57,323 nucleotides of DNA, filler included, from Sphacelaria rigidula (GCA_964200075.2; 6 parts of 6 records of this genome joined end to end with filler, not necessarily neighbours in it); one strand, 5' to 3'. Shown: positions 12,327 through 25,720, counted from the first letter of the whole stretch. Numbers and translations: made by a program. The notes: generated by a model from the sequence alone, not told the origin.

Positions 12327-13009
12327 AGTTTTTTTGCTGTTGTCAAAAACGAAAGAGTAAAGAGGGTGTGTGAGACCCCTCGACAAATGATTCCCCATGC
12401 GTACCGAATCCACTGACCGCTACAGCGCGTGAGAGAGGACGAAAGTGTTTTAGTTGTGCGGTGGAGTACAACATGAGATGTCCCGTAGTTTAGTTATTTA
12501 CACGATTTCTGAACAGCTCCTCAACGTTTGGTCGGTCGTTCAAAATGGGGCTCCCGTTTTGATCAGAAACTCACCCGTTGACCAAAATTCATAACCGTGG
12601 GTGTGACTTGTGTTCGAGATCGTCACTGATTTTGTTCCATAGGAGGTGGTTTTTTCGTTTTTTTCAGATCGTTCAAAATCGGGCGTGACGTGATGTTGAA
12701 CGTATTCCATAAGGGCCCATCATGACGAAACAGGAAGAAGAAGCGAGGAGCGAAGCAAGCATCGGAAAGCAGCATTTTGGCTGGTTGCCGCAACCATAGG
12801 CCCGTTGCCGTCGTTACGGCGACCAATCATCTTACTGCCTGTCGGTGCCTGCTTTGCTCCTCGCTTATTTTTCTGTCTCGCTTCGGCCCCGTTAAAGGCT
12901 TACTTGCTTGCTCGGTGCAAGGGTCAGTGGTTGAAAAGTGCCCTGAGACCGAAAACACTCTTTTGTTGTATCAATTCCCCACTAAATATATGTATATATT
13001 GTATACTCC

Positions 13010-14050
13010 ATATAAAAGGTGAAATCACCCACTTGTGCACTGAGCAAAGGGGGGTTAATCCTTGGGCAACTCGCTCATGCAACATAGCACGTCAGAGCCC
13101 CATCTCTTCGCCACACGATGAAGCGTGTGCCCCCCGCGGATAACTACTGCAAGCATCATATCGGGTACACCTTGAATAACAGAACTGAAGCTCTTAGTCG
13201 CATTTCCCCCATACGTCATGATCAATCTCAATATATATATATATTCCCCCTGCATCCAGGCGTGTGTACATGTACCTATCCTTGAGTGTGAGTATATTCG
13301 ATTAGCCCTCCTACTCACGGCTCAAGTCTACTTACGGCTCAAGTCCTACCACACTTAATTTATCTGAATGTACGATGATGCTTTCTCTCGAAAACGACAA
13401 TACTCAATACTATATGACCAAGCATTTGAGAAGAAAAACATATCGTCCCAGCCGCGTACAAATATACCGTAACTTCATCCACCTAGCAAACCGAAAACCC
13501 TTCCCTGAATCCTCTTCCTTAATACTTTATGACATATTCATGCTCTGTATCTATCCCCTCACGTCCTTCAGTACTGATATCAAACTCAAACTCTGGATGA
13601 TAATTTTGGATTTTTACCAACTCAACTTTTCTTGAAACAAGAACAATGAAAAAAAATAAACATGAAAAAAAATATATACCATAAATATTCGTTCAGCCTC
13701 CCCAACATTTATGGTGACAAGTAACAATCTCAACCCCCCCACACTCGAATCCTTCTCAATGTCTTGTCTACGTAGCAATCAGGACCTGTCATATTCATGA
13801 AATTTGACTTGATGTGCCGCCTACATTACTGTCAACGTCAGGTGATTTTCTTTACTCGTCACAAACTAAAATGAACGCATGGCAACACTGTATCTATGCT
13901 CGGCACAAAATAATTCCACCAGTGGTTACCCTTCTCATCACACTAGATATTTACCGGAAACTGTACAATAAAAATAGACACTTCAAAATAAAAACCTGTA
14001 GCAGTGGAATCGTACTATTTTTGTTTTCGTGAGAAAAAAAATCTAAACTC
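13010..14050 (-). mobile_element. Probable 3' UTR, PPT and 3' LTR of the adjacent copia element
   Basis: Lies downstream of RNase H on the minus strand, with a PPT-like CAGGGGGA near 13243-13250. No second LTR is available to confirm. Confidence 0.35.
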
Positions 14051-14402
14051 AAAATCAAATAATCTCGAATCAAAACGCCGAAAAAATAGAGATGCGCTCG
14101 ACAACACAAGGAAATACATAAACGAAACGCAAAGTCGAAGCCCGTTCAGCTTTCTCGATATTTACTAGGGCATGTTTGTGGCACTCGAAGTCCAACACTC
14201 GAAACCATCGGAAAATGTACCGTCTACATGAAAAATCAGATCCGACCGTACCCGTCAAAATCAGATCATGAAAGAATATTCAATGCAAAAATGAAGAATT
14301 GCAGCTGTGGTATCGTACCGCTCCTTCCCGGGGTGGATAATTGGCCCTGAAAACAAATCGAATCAATTCAAATCAATTCAATATACCAGGGTACTGGAGA
14401 CT

Positions 14403-17400
14403 TCACACAATATTCACGGCAATATTACGATGAAACTCGAGAGACTCTGTCGGCAACACTTTAGTGAGAAAATCTGCATGCTGATACTCCGATTTCATCA
14501 CGTGAATAACCGAAACCTCATCCCTTCCCACCAACTCTCTGATAAGATGATGTTGCACGTCGATGTGTATGGAGTTGGAGTTCGTGATTGGGTTCTTTGC
14601 CAATTGAATAGCTCCCTGATTATCCTCGAACACAGGGATACATGGCATTTCCATCTGCGGCAATATGAAACGCCAAACCTGTCTCAAAAACAGTACCTCC
14701 TTGAGGATGTCTGTCATTGCAACGTACTCTGCATCCGTCGTGGACAGCGTCACACAATTCTGAGTCCTTGAAAGCCAAGATAGACATCCACCTCCACACA
14801 TCACTAGCCCTTCTGACACCGACCGCCTATCAGCTGCCTTACTTGCGTAGTCGGTATCTGCAAACACATGAAAACTCAACCCCTGCATACTTCCTCTGCG
14901 AAAAGAAATCCCCAGCGAACTTGTTCATCTAACATACTCCAAAATACCAATCGCAGCACGTCAATGAAAGAGTTTTGGTGAGGCGCAGTACCTCGCTACT
15001 TTACGTACTGCGTTGGATATGTCTGGCCTTGTTTGGGTTGCCAGCCACATCAGCGGCCCTATTACCTCCCGAAACGAAAATTCTGTTGCCTGCTCTTCTA
15101 CACTGAACTCTTCAAGCTTCGCACCAACAGCGATGGGGATACTTTTTCCCCACTCTACACCGTATCCCTTCGCTAACTCTTCTGCGTACGTCTGTTGTGA
15201 AATCTTCAGAGTCCCCCTTGCAATCTCTCTCGTAGTACCGTCCAGAATACCAACGCAAATCCCCGAGGTTCTTGACTGGAACCATCGTGTTGAAATCTCT
15301 ACCAAACTCGTCACATCTGTCCTTTCTCCCACTGCGAATATGCCGTCTACATGTACTATTAATACTTTACTGATAATTACCCTGCCATCCTCAATCGTAC
15401 AAAACACTCATGAATCCGCCAAGCACTGATCAGACCCTACAACAAATAAACACTCGGCCGAGTGATTATGCCATTGCCTACTTGCTTGTTTTAATCCGCA
15501 CAAACTTTTGTCAAGCCTTATTATCTTACCAGGTAAGCTTCCACAACCAGGCGGCAACCGCATAAATACGTCCTCATCCAACTCATACTGTACAAAAGCC
15601 TGTTCAGTACGAGTATCAAAATGACAAAACGTAAGATTTTGTTCACAAGCCAGAGTCGCCAACGAACGTACGCTAGAAACTGCTACGGTGGGGACATACA
15701 GTTCTCCGAAAATTATTTTCTCTCTCTGCCTGTCTCCTCTTGCTACTAGTCTCCACTTCATCTTCGTGGACCATCCAAACTCGTCTGCCTTCCAGTTATA
15801 TAACCATTTAGCATGGATATAGTTGTCCACGGGTTGCTATTCCGGTGAGTCAATCGTCCCCTCCTCCAGAATTCCACGCCATTCCCGCCCTACCGAGTCC
15901 TCCCATAGTTCACCGTACTCCGAGCGTACAGCCTGCGTATATCTGTTGGGGAGCTTGAGGTCCTTTGCTGGACATTGAGGGAGTTCCGGCAGGATGTGCG
16001 GCGGGCGCTGCTCGCGGAAAGCGGCATCTATGTAATCACGCGAGGCCAGCCTCGTCGCGAGTCGCATCGGTATCCTCCCCGCCCCATTCTCCCAACATCC
16101 TTGCCCTGTCGCCCGGCATCAACTACGCCGCGCGTGAGGACAGCAGACAGCAAATGTCGCTTATCCAACTGCTTTATGAGTCCCCAGCTATGGTGCAAGA
16201 GAATGGTCTTGTCAGTCTTTTATTGCGTCGACCCCGATCACGAACGCCCTGGCTGCCGGGGGTCTGTCTCCAGATCCAGCTCCTTCCTCACTTTCATTGG
16301 GAGCGGCGAGAAAGAATGGTCCAGCAGTTCAGGGATGGATGATGTATCGGGCGACGCAGTCGAGAAAGATGCTGATGATATCGGGGATGGAATGGGGCCT
16401 GAAGAACCGGAGAAGATCGGGGGGGATGTCGGCGGCGTTTGCTGTTTCGGCGAAGTCGGCGGATGCGGCGGCGTTTAATGCATCGGCGGAGTCGGCGAGG
16501 TCGGCGGGCGCGGCGGCGTGTTCTGCATCGGCGAAAACATCGGTCGCGGCGGCGGCAGCATCGGCTGAGTCGGCATAGTCGGCGGGCGCGGCGGCGTTTG
16601 CTGCATCGGCGGAAGGTCGGTTGCGGCGGCGGCAGCAGCGACTCGAATTCCACTGTGTGATATGTCGGCGGAAGCAGCGGTGGGGTTGGTGGTTGTTCCT
16701 GCTGCGGTGCGGGGGCAGCGGCGGCGGTTCTGGCATGATCCCCTTCCTCCCCGACGAGCGGCGTTCCGTGGTGCTGCTCTGCTGGCGGCGCGGCGGCGGC
16801 GGCGACGGTACTGGTATGATCCCCCTCCCCCCCCGACGAGCGGCGTTGCCGACGATTGCATCACCTGGTACCGACCAGACAGCATTGCTCGTGTAGCAGA
16901 CTGCGCCGGTAGCAGCCTTCAGGACCTTCACCATCGATGGAAAATGGTTACTACCATTATTAAGATACTGACAGGCGACAGACGGAACACCTGCCTTTCG
17001 TCGGCGGTCGACCCGCATCATGCCGGGTTGCAGAAACATCACGATCTGTAGCGGCGGGGGTTTGCCGGTGAGCGCTTCATAAGGCGACAGTTTTCCCGGG
17101 TTCGCCGTAGTGACGGAGCAGTTGAACCCGCCCGCTGCCCACACCGCGGCCTCCAAGAATAAACGCTCCAGGTTGTCCCCCAGAAAAGGGATGTCGTCGA
17201 AGCAGAACTCCGGGAACAGGCGCTGCACCTCAAGACGAGCTGCGTGGCCCTCCTTCATGACCCTCCAAATTGCATTTTCCACCACGGCGTTGTGCTTCGG
17301 AGTGTCCGGGGCAGTGTACTCACGACGAATCGTTGCATCGTAGCAGAAGGCGCCGAAAGCGGTGAAGGTGAACTCGCCCCCGTTGTCCATGCGGAAACAA

Positions 17401-17897
17401 CCGGGGGTGCCGATGGCGCTGGCGTCGGCAATGAAACGTTTCACCTCCGACAGCGTGTCAGCCTTCCGTGCTAGGCCGGACAATATCATGAAGCGCGACT
17501 TGCTGTCAACGCAGGCCAGCGTATAAGTTTATCCACCCAAAGTACGAGGGTGTGGGCCTGTAAGGTCGAGGTGCACGGTGCCGAGTACAGTCGTTGCCCT
17601 TCTGCCCCGTCGTCGCGGAATACCCGCCCGACACCTCTTCGCTTCTGAACATCCCGCACATGGCGCCAATTCACCCGTCAGAATTATGCCCTGTTATTTC
17701 GAACCTTCTTTCAATAACGCCTCATTCGCGTGGGCACGGGAGACATGAAATAAATCAATATTGACTTCTCTTTTCGGTTTTCCAACTGAAAATGGGCGAG
17801 AATTTGGGGCAAGCACAGCCAGGACCTTCTCGTTTTCAGGCACATGTCCCACTTCCTCAACACTCAGAGAATGCGGGAATAAATCTTGGGGGGGGGG
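14403..17897 (-). mobile_element. Degenerate Ty1/copia pol: GAG-pre-integrase HHCC, integrase, RT, RNase H
   Basis: Motifs FH..AH..CxxC, HLDLTGP, FRMDNGGEF, NAVVEN, KWRLVARG, SLCGLKQASRQW, VHVDGI, TRPDIS, ADTDYA..DRRSVS, EDNQGAI, HIDV; integrase precedes RT; stops and frameshifts. Confidence 0.95.
16425..16640. repeat. GC-rich ~45-bp tandem repeats in the copia integrase-RT linker (Ala/Asp-rich on the minus strand)
   Basis: Repeated GCGGCGGCGTTTGCTGCATCGGCG units. Confidence 0.8.
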
Positions 17898-19042
17898 TCA
17901 TGTCAATTCGGTCCATCAATGGTTCATCTTCGAACACGCTCAAATCTGGGCGGTGGAGCCCGTGGACTGCAAGGAGATCCGAAGTGGAGATATCATCGAA
18001 ACCAACGCCGGCGGGAGCAGGCACAACGCTTGCCGATGCAGCGGACTGAAAAGCAATGCTGGGGGTGGAAGGTACAACGCTTGCCGATCAAGCGGACTGA
18101 AAACCAATTCTGGGGGTTGATGGTACAACGCTTGCCGATCAAGCGGACTGAAAAACAACGCGGGGGGTTGAAGGTACAACGATCGCCGCTGGGACGGCCT
18201 GGATACCAACGCCGGTAAGAGGAGAAGGTACAACGTTCGTCGGTGGAACGACTGGAAACTAACGCCGGTGGGAACGGAAGGTAGCAACAACAATTTCAGC
18301 GGCGCAGGCTACGCGCACTGTATACAATTTCCCCGCAATCCCCCGCAATCCCCCGCACCCGCGACCAACAAGCAGATGCAGTCGCCTCCACAGCAAGGGG
18401 AACTTCAACTTCATCACCCACGTCAACTACATCATCAGCAGCGACCACCTCAACTTGCCCCACCCAAATCCGACCTGCCTTTCTCCGGTTCATCTACATC
18501 TTCTGCGCCGCTTCACCTGTGCATGGCGTACAATCTGTCACAAGGCGAGTCACGTTTTGAGTTGGGTGATTTCGATTTGGGGGTTGCTTTGTTCCATCTG
18601 AGTGGAGCGGGACATGATGTAAATGATGGCGCAGATCAATGGATTGCCGACAACGGTACTTCACACCACACAACTGGTAACATTGATGGTGTGTTTCATC
18701 GCCGTTCTCTGCCGAAAGGAAATGAACACGTGGTCGTGGGGAATGGAACAATCATTCCTGTCCGCGCAGTAGGGAGTTTGAAACTCAAACTTCACATGCC
18801 AAGTCCCACCGCCCCGAAATCTGTCGGCCCGCCCTCAGAGTTTTGCGTACAACTGACCGAAGTTTACGTTTCGAAAGGTATTCATTTCAATCTTTTTTCT
18901 CCGCACCAAGTGCAGAAAAAGCAGGATGTATTGTTGACTGATTCAGGGGTACACATGTTTGACGGTCAGCTTCGTTTTGATCGCGATAAACAATCCTCAT
19001 CGCAGAGGGCCTTTCGCCTACCGTCATCATACCAGAACCCCC
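17898..19042 (+). mobile_element. Copia gag C-terminus and aspartic protease, inverted relative to the rest of the element
   Basis: ORF 18268-19042 contains WIADNGTSHHTTG...VVVGNG...GSLKL...LTEVYV...FNLFS (copia protease pattern). Confidence 0.85.
18000..18290. repeat. 51-bp tandem repeat, ~5-6 copies, in the gag region
   Basis: GGTACAACGCTTGCCGATCAAGCGGACTGAAAA at 18071 and 18122, with flanking variants. Confidence 0.9.
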
Positions 19043-19142
19043 NNNNNNNNNNNNNNNNNNNNNNNNNNNNNNNNNNNNNNNNNNNNTTAATTAATTAANN
19101 NNNNNNNNNNNNNNNNNNNNNNNNNNNNNNNNNNNNNNNNNN
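19043..19142. other. Artificial contig spacer
   Basis: N44-TTAATTAATTAA-N44. Confidence 0.98.
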
Positions 19143-20307
19143 TCCATACTGTGTCATAAGCCTTTTGCATGTCTAGGAAGAAAAAGTAAGTTGTCCGCCC
19201 GGTGTCTTTCCTACCCTGAATGATCTTACTTAGGGGAGGGGGGTGCACGGGGGGGAGGGGGGGTGATGACGTGATATCAGTGAGCGAGGAAGAAGGGGCG
19301 GATGTGAAATAGAAGAGACAAGCAACAGGAAAGAGAGCCAGGTTTCACGGAACGAAGCGCGTCCTGAGTGGTCAGAATTGTCAAACACATGCCATTTGCC
19401 CGTGCTGTCCTACACAGTCATTGCGGGACGTTATGACCAACGGGAAGGGCGAGGTGTTCGAGCTCCATTAGACGACACCCTATTAGACCTCACGCTTGTG
19501 TTCAGTTGTCTTTCCACCATCATTTGTCCATCTACTGTAGTGCATATACCATTTTGGCTATTGATTTCTCCATTTCTACCCCCCTTTAAGTATTATCACT
19601 CGTGTATTCTTTCGCCCCCAGCGCTCAATGACGCTCCTTATAGCGGCCTTGTTCGTCTACCCGTGCGCCCTTGGAGAATATGTTGCTTAGTCTACTCCCA
19701 CCACGTGCACACACTTCGCCTACTCCCATCCGTATGCCCCATCCTCTTGAAGTGATTCGCCCTTGTCTCCCTTCCCCTCCCTGGAGGCTAATGTCTTGAT
19801 GCACGCTGCAATTCCGCAACTGTCTACTCTACCTTAGCGCAACGGTGATTCAGTCGCCTACGTCATTTTAACCCCTTTGAGCGAATGCAATCGCCTTTCC
19901 TGCCCCCTTTGCTCCCTTGGCACTGTCCCTTCTCTCAAAATACGTGACCAACGCAAACCTTCAGTACAAGGAGCGAGCTGAAAAGCTGGCATCTTCCTTA
20001 GGGGCACTTCTGGCGGAGAAGAGTCGGGCACGGGCTGAGGCGTTGCGCAGCCTGCCTGCGGTGGGTACCCATCGTGGGCGTTAACGGGTGCTGTTAAATG
20101 CTCAAAGGCTGAATATCCATGTCTGGCAGATATTGTGGAGGCAACACCCGCGCAGGCGTTAAGGCTTAATGCGACTATGAAGCTGACGCCGAATGCACAC
20201 GGTGGCAATACGATCAACATTCCCATCGAAATTTGGAACACGACTGACAACTCATGCTGATGCTGTTTCATGACTCGTTTGCTGTGTTGGGGTGGTGTTT
20301 TTTGCAG

Positions 20308-20400
20308 AGTGCTAGCACCAGGGAAAAGGCAGAAGTTACGTCGGAGGTGGAGGATGAATTTGCCGGACGGCAGCAACGGCTCGAGATGAAGGTTGTGCAG
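20308..20400 (+). CDS. Coiled-coil protein exon a: SASTREKAEVTSEVEDEFAGRQQRLEMKVVQ
   Basis: TTTTTGCAG acceptor and CAG|GTATGA donor; 93 nt, phase 0/0. Confidence 0.75.
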
Positions 20401-21667
20401 GTATGAACTGTGATAAATATAGTATTCATATAAGAATTAAGATTTTCTCAAACATGTAGTACGGTATGGATGGTCAACCGAGATGCAGGTGGCACAGGTG
20501 AACAGCTCGAGATTATGATTCTACAGAGAAGCTAGGTCTAGAATGGGCGTTAGAGGACAATATTTCGAGGTTTGGGATACACAGGCGACACCGGCAGTCG
20601 AGATTTAGTGTTGTGCAGGCGAAACGATCGAGATACGCATCTCATGCAACAGAAATAAGTCGTGATACAGATTACGTGAGTGAAATTTTGCGAGACTCAG
20701 ACTGATTGGAAGCAAAACGTTGAGATGCAGGTCTTCAGCTTGAAGTAAGGGTGAAAGAAATTCGCTCAATCAGCGCATAACCTGAGCTTCTGTGTGCATA
20801 AAACATGGGCAGAGCTAGGGACTGAAAGGACTTACGTGCTCACACACGCGATCGAGACTTGACATCTTCGCATCTTTTCTCCGCCGGAGAAAACGTCCAC
20901 AATCAGTCGTTGTGTGCAGTTAATTATGCAGTGTGGGAGGCCGGTTTAAACGGCGGGGTACTTTCAGAAACTCGCCGTCAGCTTTTCCATTTTCCGATCG
21001 GACAAAACGGATAAAACGACGGTTTCGTACCAAACCGTTTGGGGGTGTACCTCATCCCATCTCGACGTGGCACAGCAACCCCTCAGCGCCTAAGACCACA
21101 ATTATCGCCCGGAGAACAGCAAGATCATAGATACAGTGCAGGGCAGTCATTGTATGTGCAGTACGGGGCTGGGTGGGCCTCAAACAAGTGGAAGCGCTCC
21201 TATCGGACGGTGACCACTTTCTGAACGGCAATGGAAACGTGTATCGCGATGGGAAAAAAGGCGTGCAACGTAATATATATATTTGTGTGTGTATCAATAC
21301 TATATTCTATCCGAAAGTTGTCACGCAAATTGGCCGAAATCGGAAAATGTCGCGGAAAATGTCACTTTTCCCCATCATTCAGGACGACCCTCAGGCACAT
21401 GAGGCCTACATATGTCGGTAGTAATACTTATCCATCTTGAATTTTCCGCCGCGCCTCGGTAATCTACCTGCTTCTACATCAATAGCGGGATAGGGCAGAA
21501 AGTTGGAAAACTCGTCCGCGACGCATGTTGGGGCTTTACCAAAGGGGGAATCGATCTACAAACGATCAGAAAATGAATTACCCTGGCAGTCTATCATAAT
21601 CATGACAACTCAAGCGATTGGTATAATTCGCTAACTGAGCACATGGCGGTTTTGCGTATTTTCGCAG

Positions 21668-21745
21668 GGAATGGAACCCATCCACCTTGAACAGCAACTT
21701 CAGCTGCGGCAGAAGCAATTACTCGAGGTGGCGGGGACTGTGAAG
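21668..21745 (+). CDS. Coiled-coil protein exon b: GMEPIHLEQQLQLRQKQLLEVAGTVK
   Basis: TTTTCGCAG acceptor and AAG|GTAGGT donor; 78 nt. Confidence 0.8.
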
Positions 21746-22169
21746 GTAGGTATACTTTAGGGCTGAGCTTAGAAGGAAGATGATGTAATGGGGCGCTCGT
21801 GGTGTTACCCCCTGCTTCTACACAAAATAGCGCGGTATAGCCATGATTCTATCTTGTGCTCAAAATACGTTGCACACACGTGTCCCGTTCGGTTGGGTCG
21901 TGCTTTTGACAAGAGTAAGGTCGTACTTCCAACAATACATCACACCACGTTACCAGCTAGCACGATGGAGCGGGCACATTACCGCAAAAAAACTCCTGCC
22001 TTGTCCCCTCCCCTCTCTACTCGCCCGTCGTCTTCAAATTCATTCGCGCATCACGCGCAGCACTGAATCGCCATGACCATATTGCTTCGGACCACGAGCT
22101 TTCCGTCACCCGTCGGGCACCTCCACCCGCCCCGAATAAATCGCTTTAATTTTGGCTATTCAGTAGCTT

Positions 22170-22385
22170 CTGTGCTTTGCTTGTGTTGACTTTTGTATTC
22201 ACTTTGTTTTGTCGCGACTTGGTATGCTACGTCGTTCTGTTCGACCCCTCTTTTTTGGTTTTCTGTTCCTTATTTTTGTCTCAGAGCGTGTTTCAGTGCG
22301 TTTTTCTTGGGTACGTCTATCATGAGACCCCGGCTGGACCCCTGAGGGGTCAGCTAAAGTGCGACAATCAATCAACCAATCAGTA
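22170..22385 (+). mobile_element. Retroposon 3'-end copy
   Basis: Close match to 8200-8440, with AATC tail. Confidence 0.75.
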
Positions 22386-22454
22386 GCGCGTTCGTACAGT
22401 AGAAAACATGGCCATGACTGGAAGTGATTGAACGCCATTTCAAGACATACCCCC

Positions 22455-22503
<49 letters not shown>

Positions 22504-24568
22504 TACCTTCCCCTTTTTCATTTTAACTATCCATTCCTATACAAACCACNNNNNNNNNNAAAAAAACCTGGCCCTTCGCGGAAGGTATTTAACCCCCTTT
22601 CAAAACCTCCCCCCCCCCCCCCCCCCCCCCCCCCTGCATGAACTTTGCGAATCGCTGTGATAAACCTAGTTTAATTGTACGAGCAACAAACGTACGGCCA
22701 TTGACCATCTGCTGTGCATTTTCATGCTGTTCCAACGTAAATTTTCACCAGCAAATGCATGAATTTAGCACTTCCAAGTAGTGTTATCGTCATGGTTGTC
22801 ATTTCGTCCGTTGATGTCATCTTCACCGCTAGGGTTGGGTCAGATTTCGTCGTCGTCATTAATGACAAAAGTATCCGCTGTGGTAATTCATACAGATATG
22901 TCTGCTCAACCCCCAGAGTCCACATCACATTCGTAATTTCAGTGGAACATCGCCTAGAAAGCCAGAGCGGCGGCGTTGAAAACCCCAGCGTAGTTGCTTG
23001 ATCAATCGAGGATAGGCGCACCTCCACGCTCAGCACATGCAGACCAAGCGGAAACTCCCAGCTCACGTAATGGCAAAGGCGTGTCCCACCAGTATATCCG
23101 GGCACGTAGGGTGTCTTGAGCTTCATTCAATATCAGGTTAGCTCATAGCTGCTTGCGTGTCGCGTATGGGGGTCCCGTGTCGCCTGTAATGTACCAAGCT
23201 AGCTCCTCGCTTTTTGCTCCCCATGCAATACCCACTCACACAGATTCGAATGGCGGCATTACTCCTTGCGTATATGTTTGTTTGGAAATGGATTATCAAA
23301 ATAATAATTGCCACGGCGTTTTCCCGTCGCGCCGCGTCTCTTGTGGATGAAGCACGAACAATCCTGCTGACCATACGCTATGAGATCCACACGGCAAAGA
23401 CGTGGGTGGTATCGCACGAACGCTGAAAGCTGAAGCTACTCGGTTGTGTACGTCTTATTCTCTAGAAAAGCTGTCATACGAATGACGTAAGGACGCCATT
23501 TTTCCCACGGCAAATTGAATGAGTTGTTCCGGAATGGCTTCAAACCTGTTGCAGTCGGTAGAATGATGAACCGGCGGACGTATCCCACACCAGATCAATA
23601 TTGTTCGCGGGTTATAGTACACATCTGCCCCATCCTCATCGTTAATCTGCGCTATATTCTAGAGCATGGGTCGCGGTATTGAGCGAGAAACAAGTAGTGA
23701 ATAGGCAGAGGCGACTAGACGCCAGACGATTTGTTTCTGTACCAGCGTGGGTTTCATCCACAATCATTGACTCGTGCTATACTTCGCTGAATGGGTCTCG
23801 ATGTTGAGCGCGAACGCGGCGAAGGTCCCTCACCGTTCGGTGGGAAAACTGACCCTCAGATACACGATTTGAACATTTTTGCTCCTCCCCGTTTTCCCAT
23901 CAGATCGTCGTGTTTGTACCATCACTTTCGGCACCCGTTTGTTACATGGGTCTCAATACTTGGAGCGCGCGCGGGGGGAGGGGGGCGAATGGACACTTTG
24001 GAACCGTCTCCTGACCAGACAATGTTGATTCTTCATGTGAAAAAGCTCCAGGTTTACTTACAGAGACACTCCGTGCAACATCGTTAGGTGTGAACTACGT
24101 TTTCTATCTTACTGGTTTTATGGTACCTTGAACCTCATTTCCGTATACGTTGTCCTGGTGTATTCCCTTTCCACACGACACAAGCAGGGTTTCTGGATAA
24201 ACTGCCATCCATACCCGTGACGGAAATTCCAATAAAAAATACCATCCGCGCTCCCTTCCCTTCCTCTATCTCTGATTATCGATGACTGGTGAAAAAAGAG
24301 TATGATGGTCTCATGTCCCGCTCCCGCTCTCCCGCTCTCCCCAAGCTCCGCGAATCCAAACCCGCCACGCCGAATGCTTACCTTGCTTGAAGCGAGGAAG
24401 TTAAATGCAACGAACTCGTAGATCTTCACGTGCGCGAAAAAAACAGTTCCTCGGGGACTGACTGCTGCATGTGTTATGAAGATGTTGTGGATTTTTTCGT
24501 GAGCAGAAATTGAAGGGTTGCACAAAATGACTCCACTCCGTACGTGTGGACCTTGTCGATACGCACAG

Positions 24569-24708
24569 AGCATTGCGCCAGAGGACGCTCTGAATCGCCT
24601 GCAAGACCTGGCGGCGGCAAGGCAGGAGGAGGAACTAGAAGAATTCCACCAGACCATGGAACGCCAGAAGCAGGACAGGCTCAAGCGCGTGGAAGAGGAA
24701 AGGATCAA
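24569..24708 (+). CDS. Coiled-coil protein exon c: SIAPEDALNRLQDLAAARQEEELEEFHQTMERQKQDRLKRVEEERI(K)
   Basis: GCACAG acceptor and AA|GTGAGT donor; ends in phase 2, matching the next exon. Confidence 0.9.
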
Positions 24709-24744
24709 GTGAGTGAAATCATGTGTACAGCTCTCTGAAAATCG

Positions 24745-24970
24745 ATTGACTGACTCATTGATTGATTGATTGGTTGGTTGTCGCACATTAACTTATCCAC
24801 GAGGAACCCAGCTGTAGTCATTATCCACAACATATACGTGTCCAAGGTGAACAAAACGGAAACACACGCTTGAGAAAAGTGAAGAGAAAAAAACAGGAAC
24901 GCAAAACAGACAAAGTATAGCAGACTGAAGACGAGAAAAACGAGAACTACGTTGTGAAGTGTCACGTCAG
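24745..24970 (-). mobile_element. Retroposon 3'-end copy (reverse orientation)
   Basis: (GATT)n followed by TGTCGCAC... and an A-rich tract. Confidence 0.65.
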
Positions 24971-25720
24971 TTGTGTCGCTGAAACAGGTGGAAGATACGG
25001 TACTTACACGCATGTTCCTCAGGAGTAGGGTAATGTTTTCTGATCAGATAAAACAGAGCGAGAAAAGCAGTAGAGCTTCACAGGAGGGCAAACGCGGAGA
25101 GGATCAAGCGATTGAAATTTGAGACTAACCCTGGCCAGCAAGTATATGTTTCTGCTTGTCGCATTTTTTTACCAATTTACTTTCCTTACTGTGCGGCCCA
25201 CAATCGTGTAAAATAGTCTGAGACAGCATCCCCAAAACAAACTCGGCACTTCTTCACGCCCCCGTGGTCGGTCGAATGGTATGCCTGACACCACAGGGGC
25301 GGGGGGAACGGAAACGCGGATTCGATGCCTGCCCGATGCGTCTACTGTTTGCTTCTCGGAAGCATCTTGTATCCGTCGATTTTACCGTAAGGACATGAGT
25401 AGCAAAGACAGCCTGCTTGGTTGAGTATGTTACACGACAGTCAACGCGGTGCGGCAGGGCCGATCCAATCCGTATACCGAAACGTAAGGCGCGTACCGGC
25501 GGAGAGATAGGCTGATCCCTTAAGATCATGAACTCGTCTCGACGAAGGGGGGAAGTTAGAAGTGAGAATGGAAGGGGGCGCGCGCGGGGGGGGAGGGGGG
25601 GCGTTTTCTTGGTAGAGATGTAGATCTTCTGTCGTGAGAGTTTTCGCAGGGTTTTGTCCCGCTGATGAGTGTTCTCTACTCGCATGTTGATCGGTGTCCC
25701 GGTGGGGGGTATGTAACTAG

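Noticed and set aside
5832..20307. Joining the STAND-like exons to the coiled-coil exons as one gene
   Set aside because: They lie on different contigs separated by artificial spacers.
22385..22640. Degraded duplicate around poly-C and a 10-N gap
   Set aside because: Same homopolymer and gap artefact.
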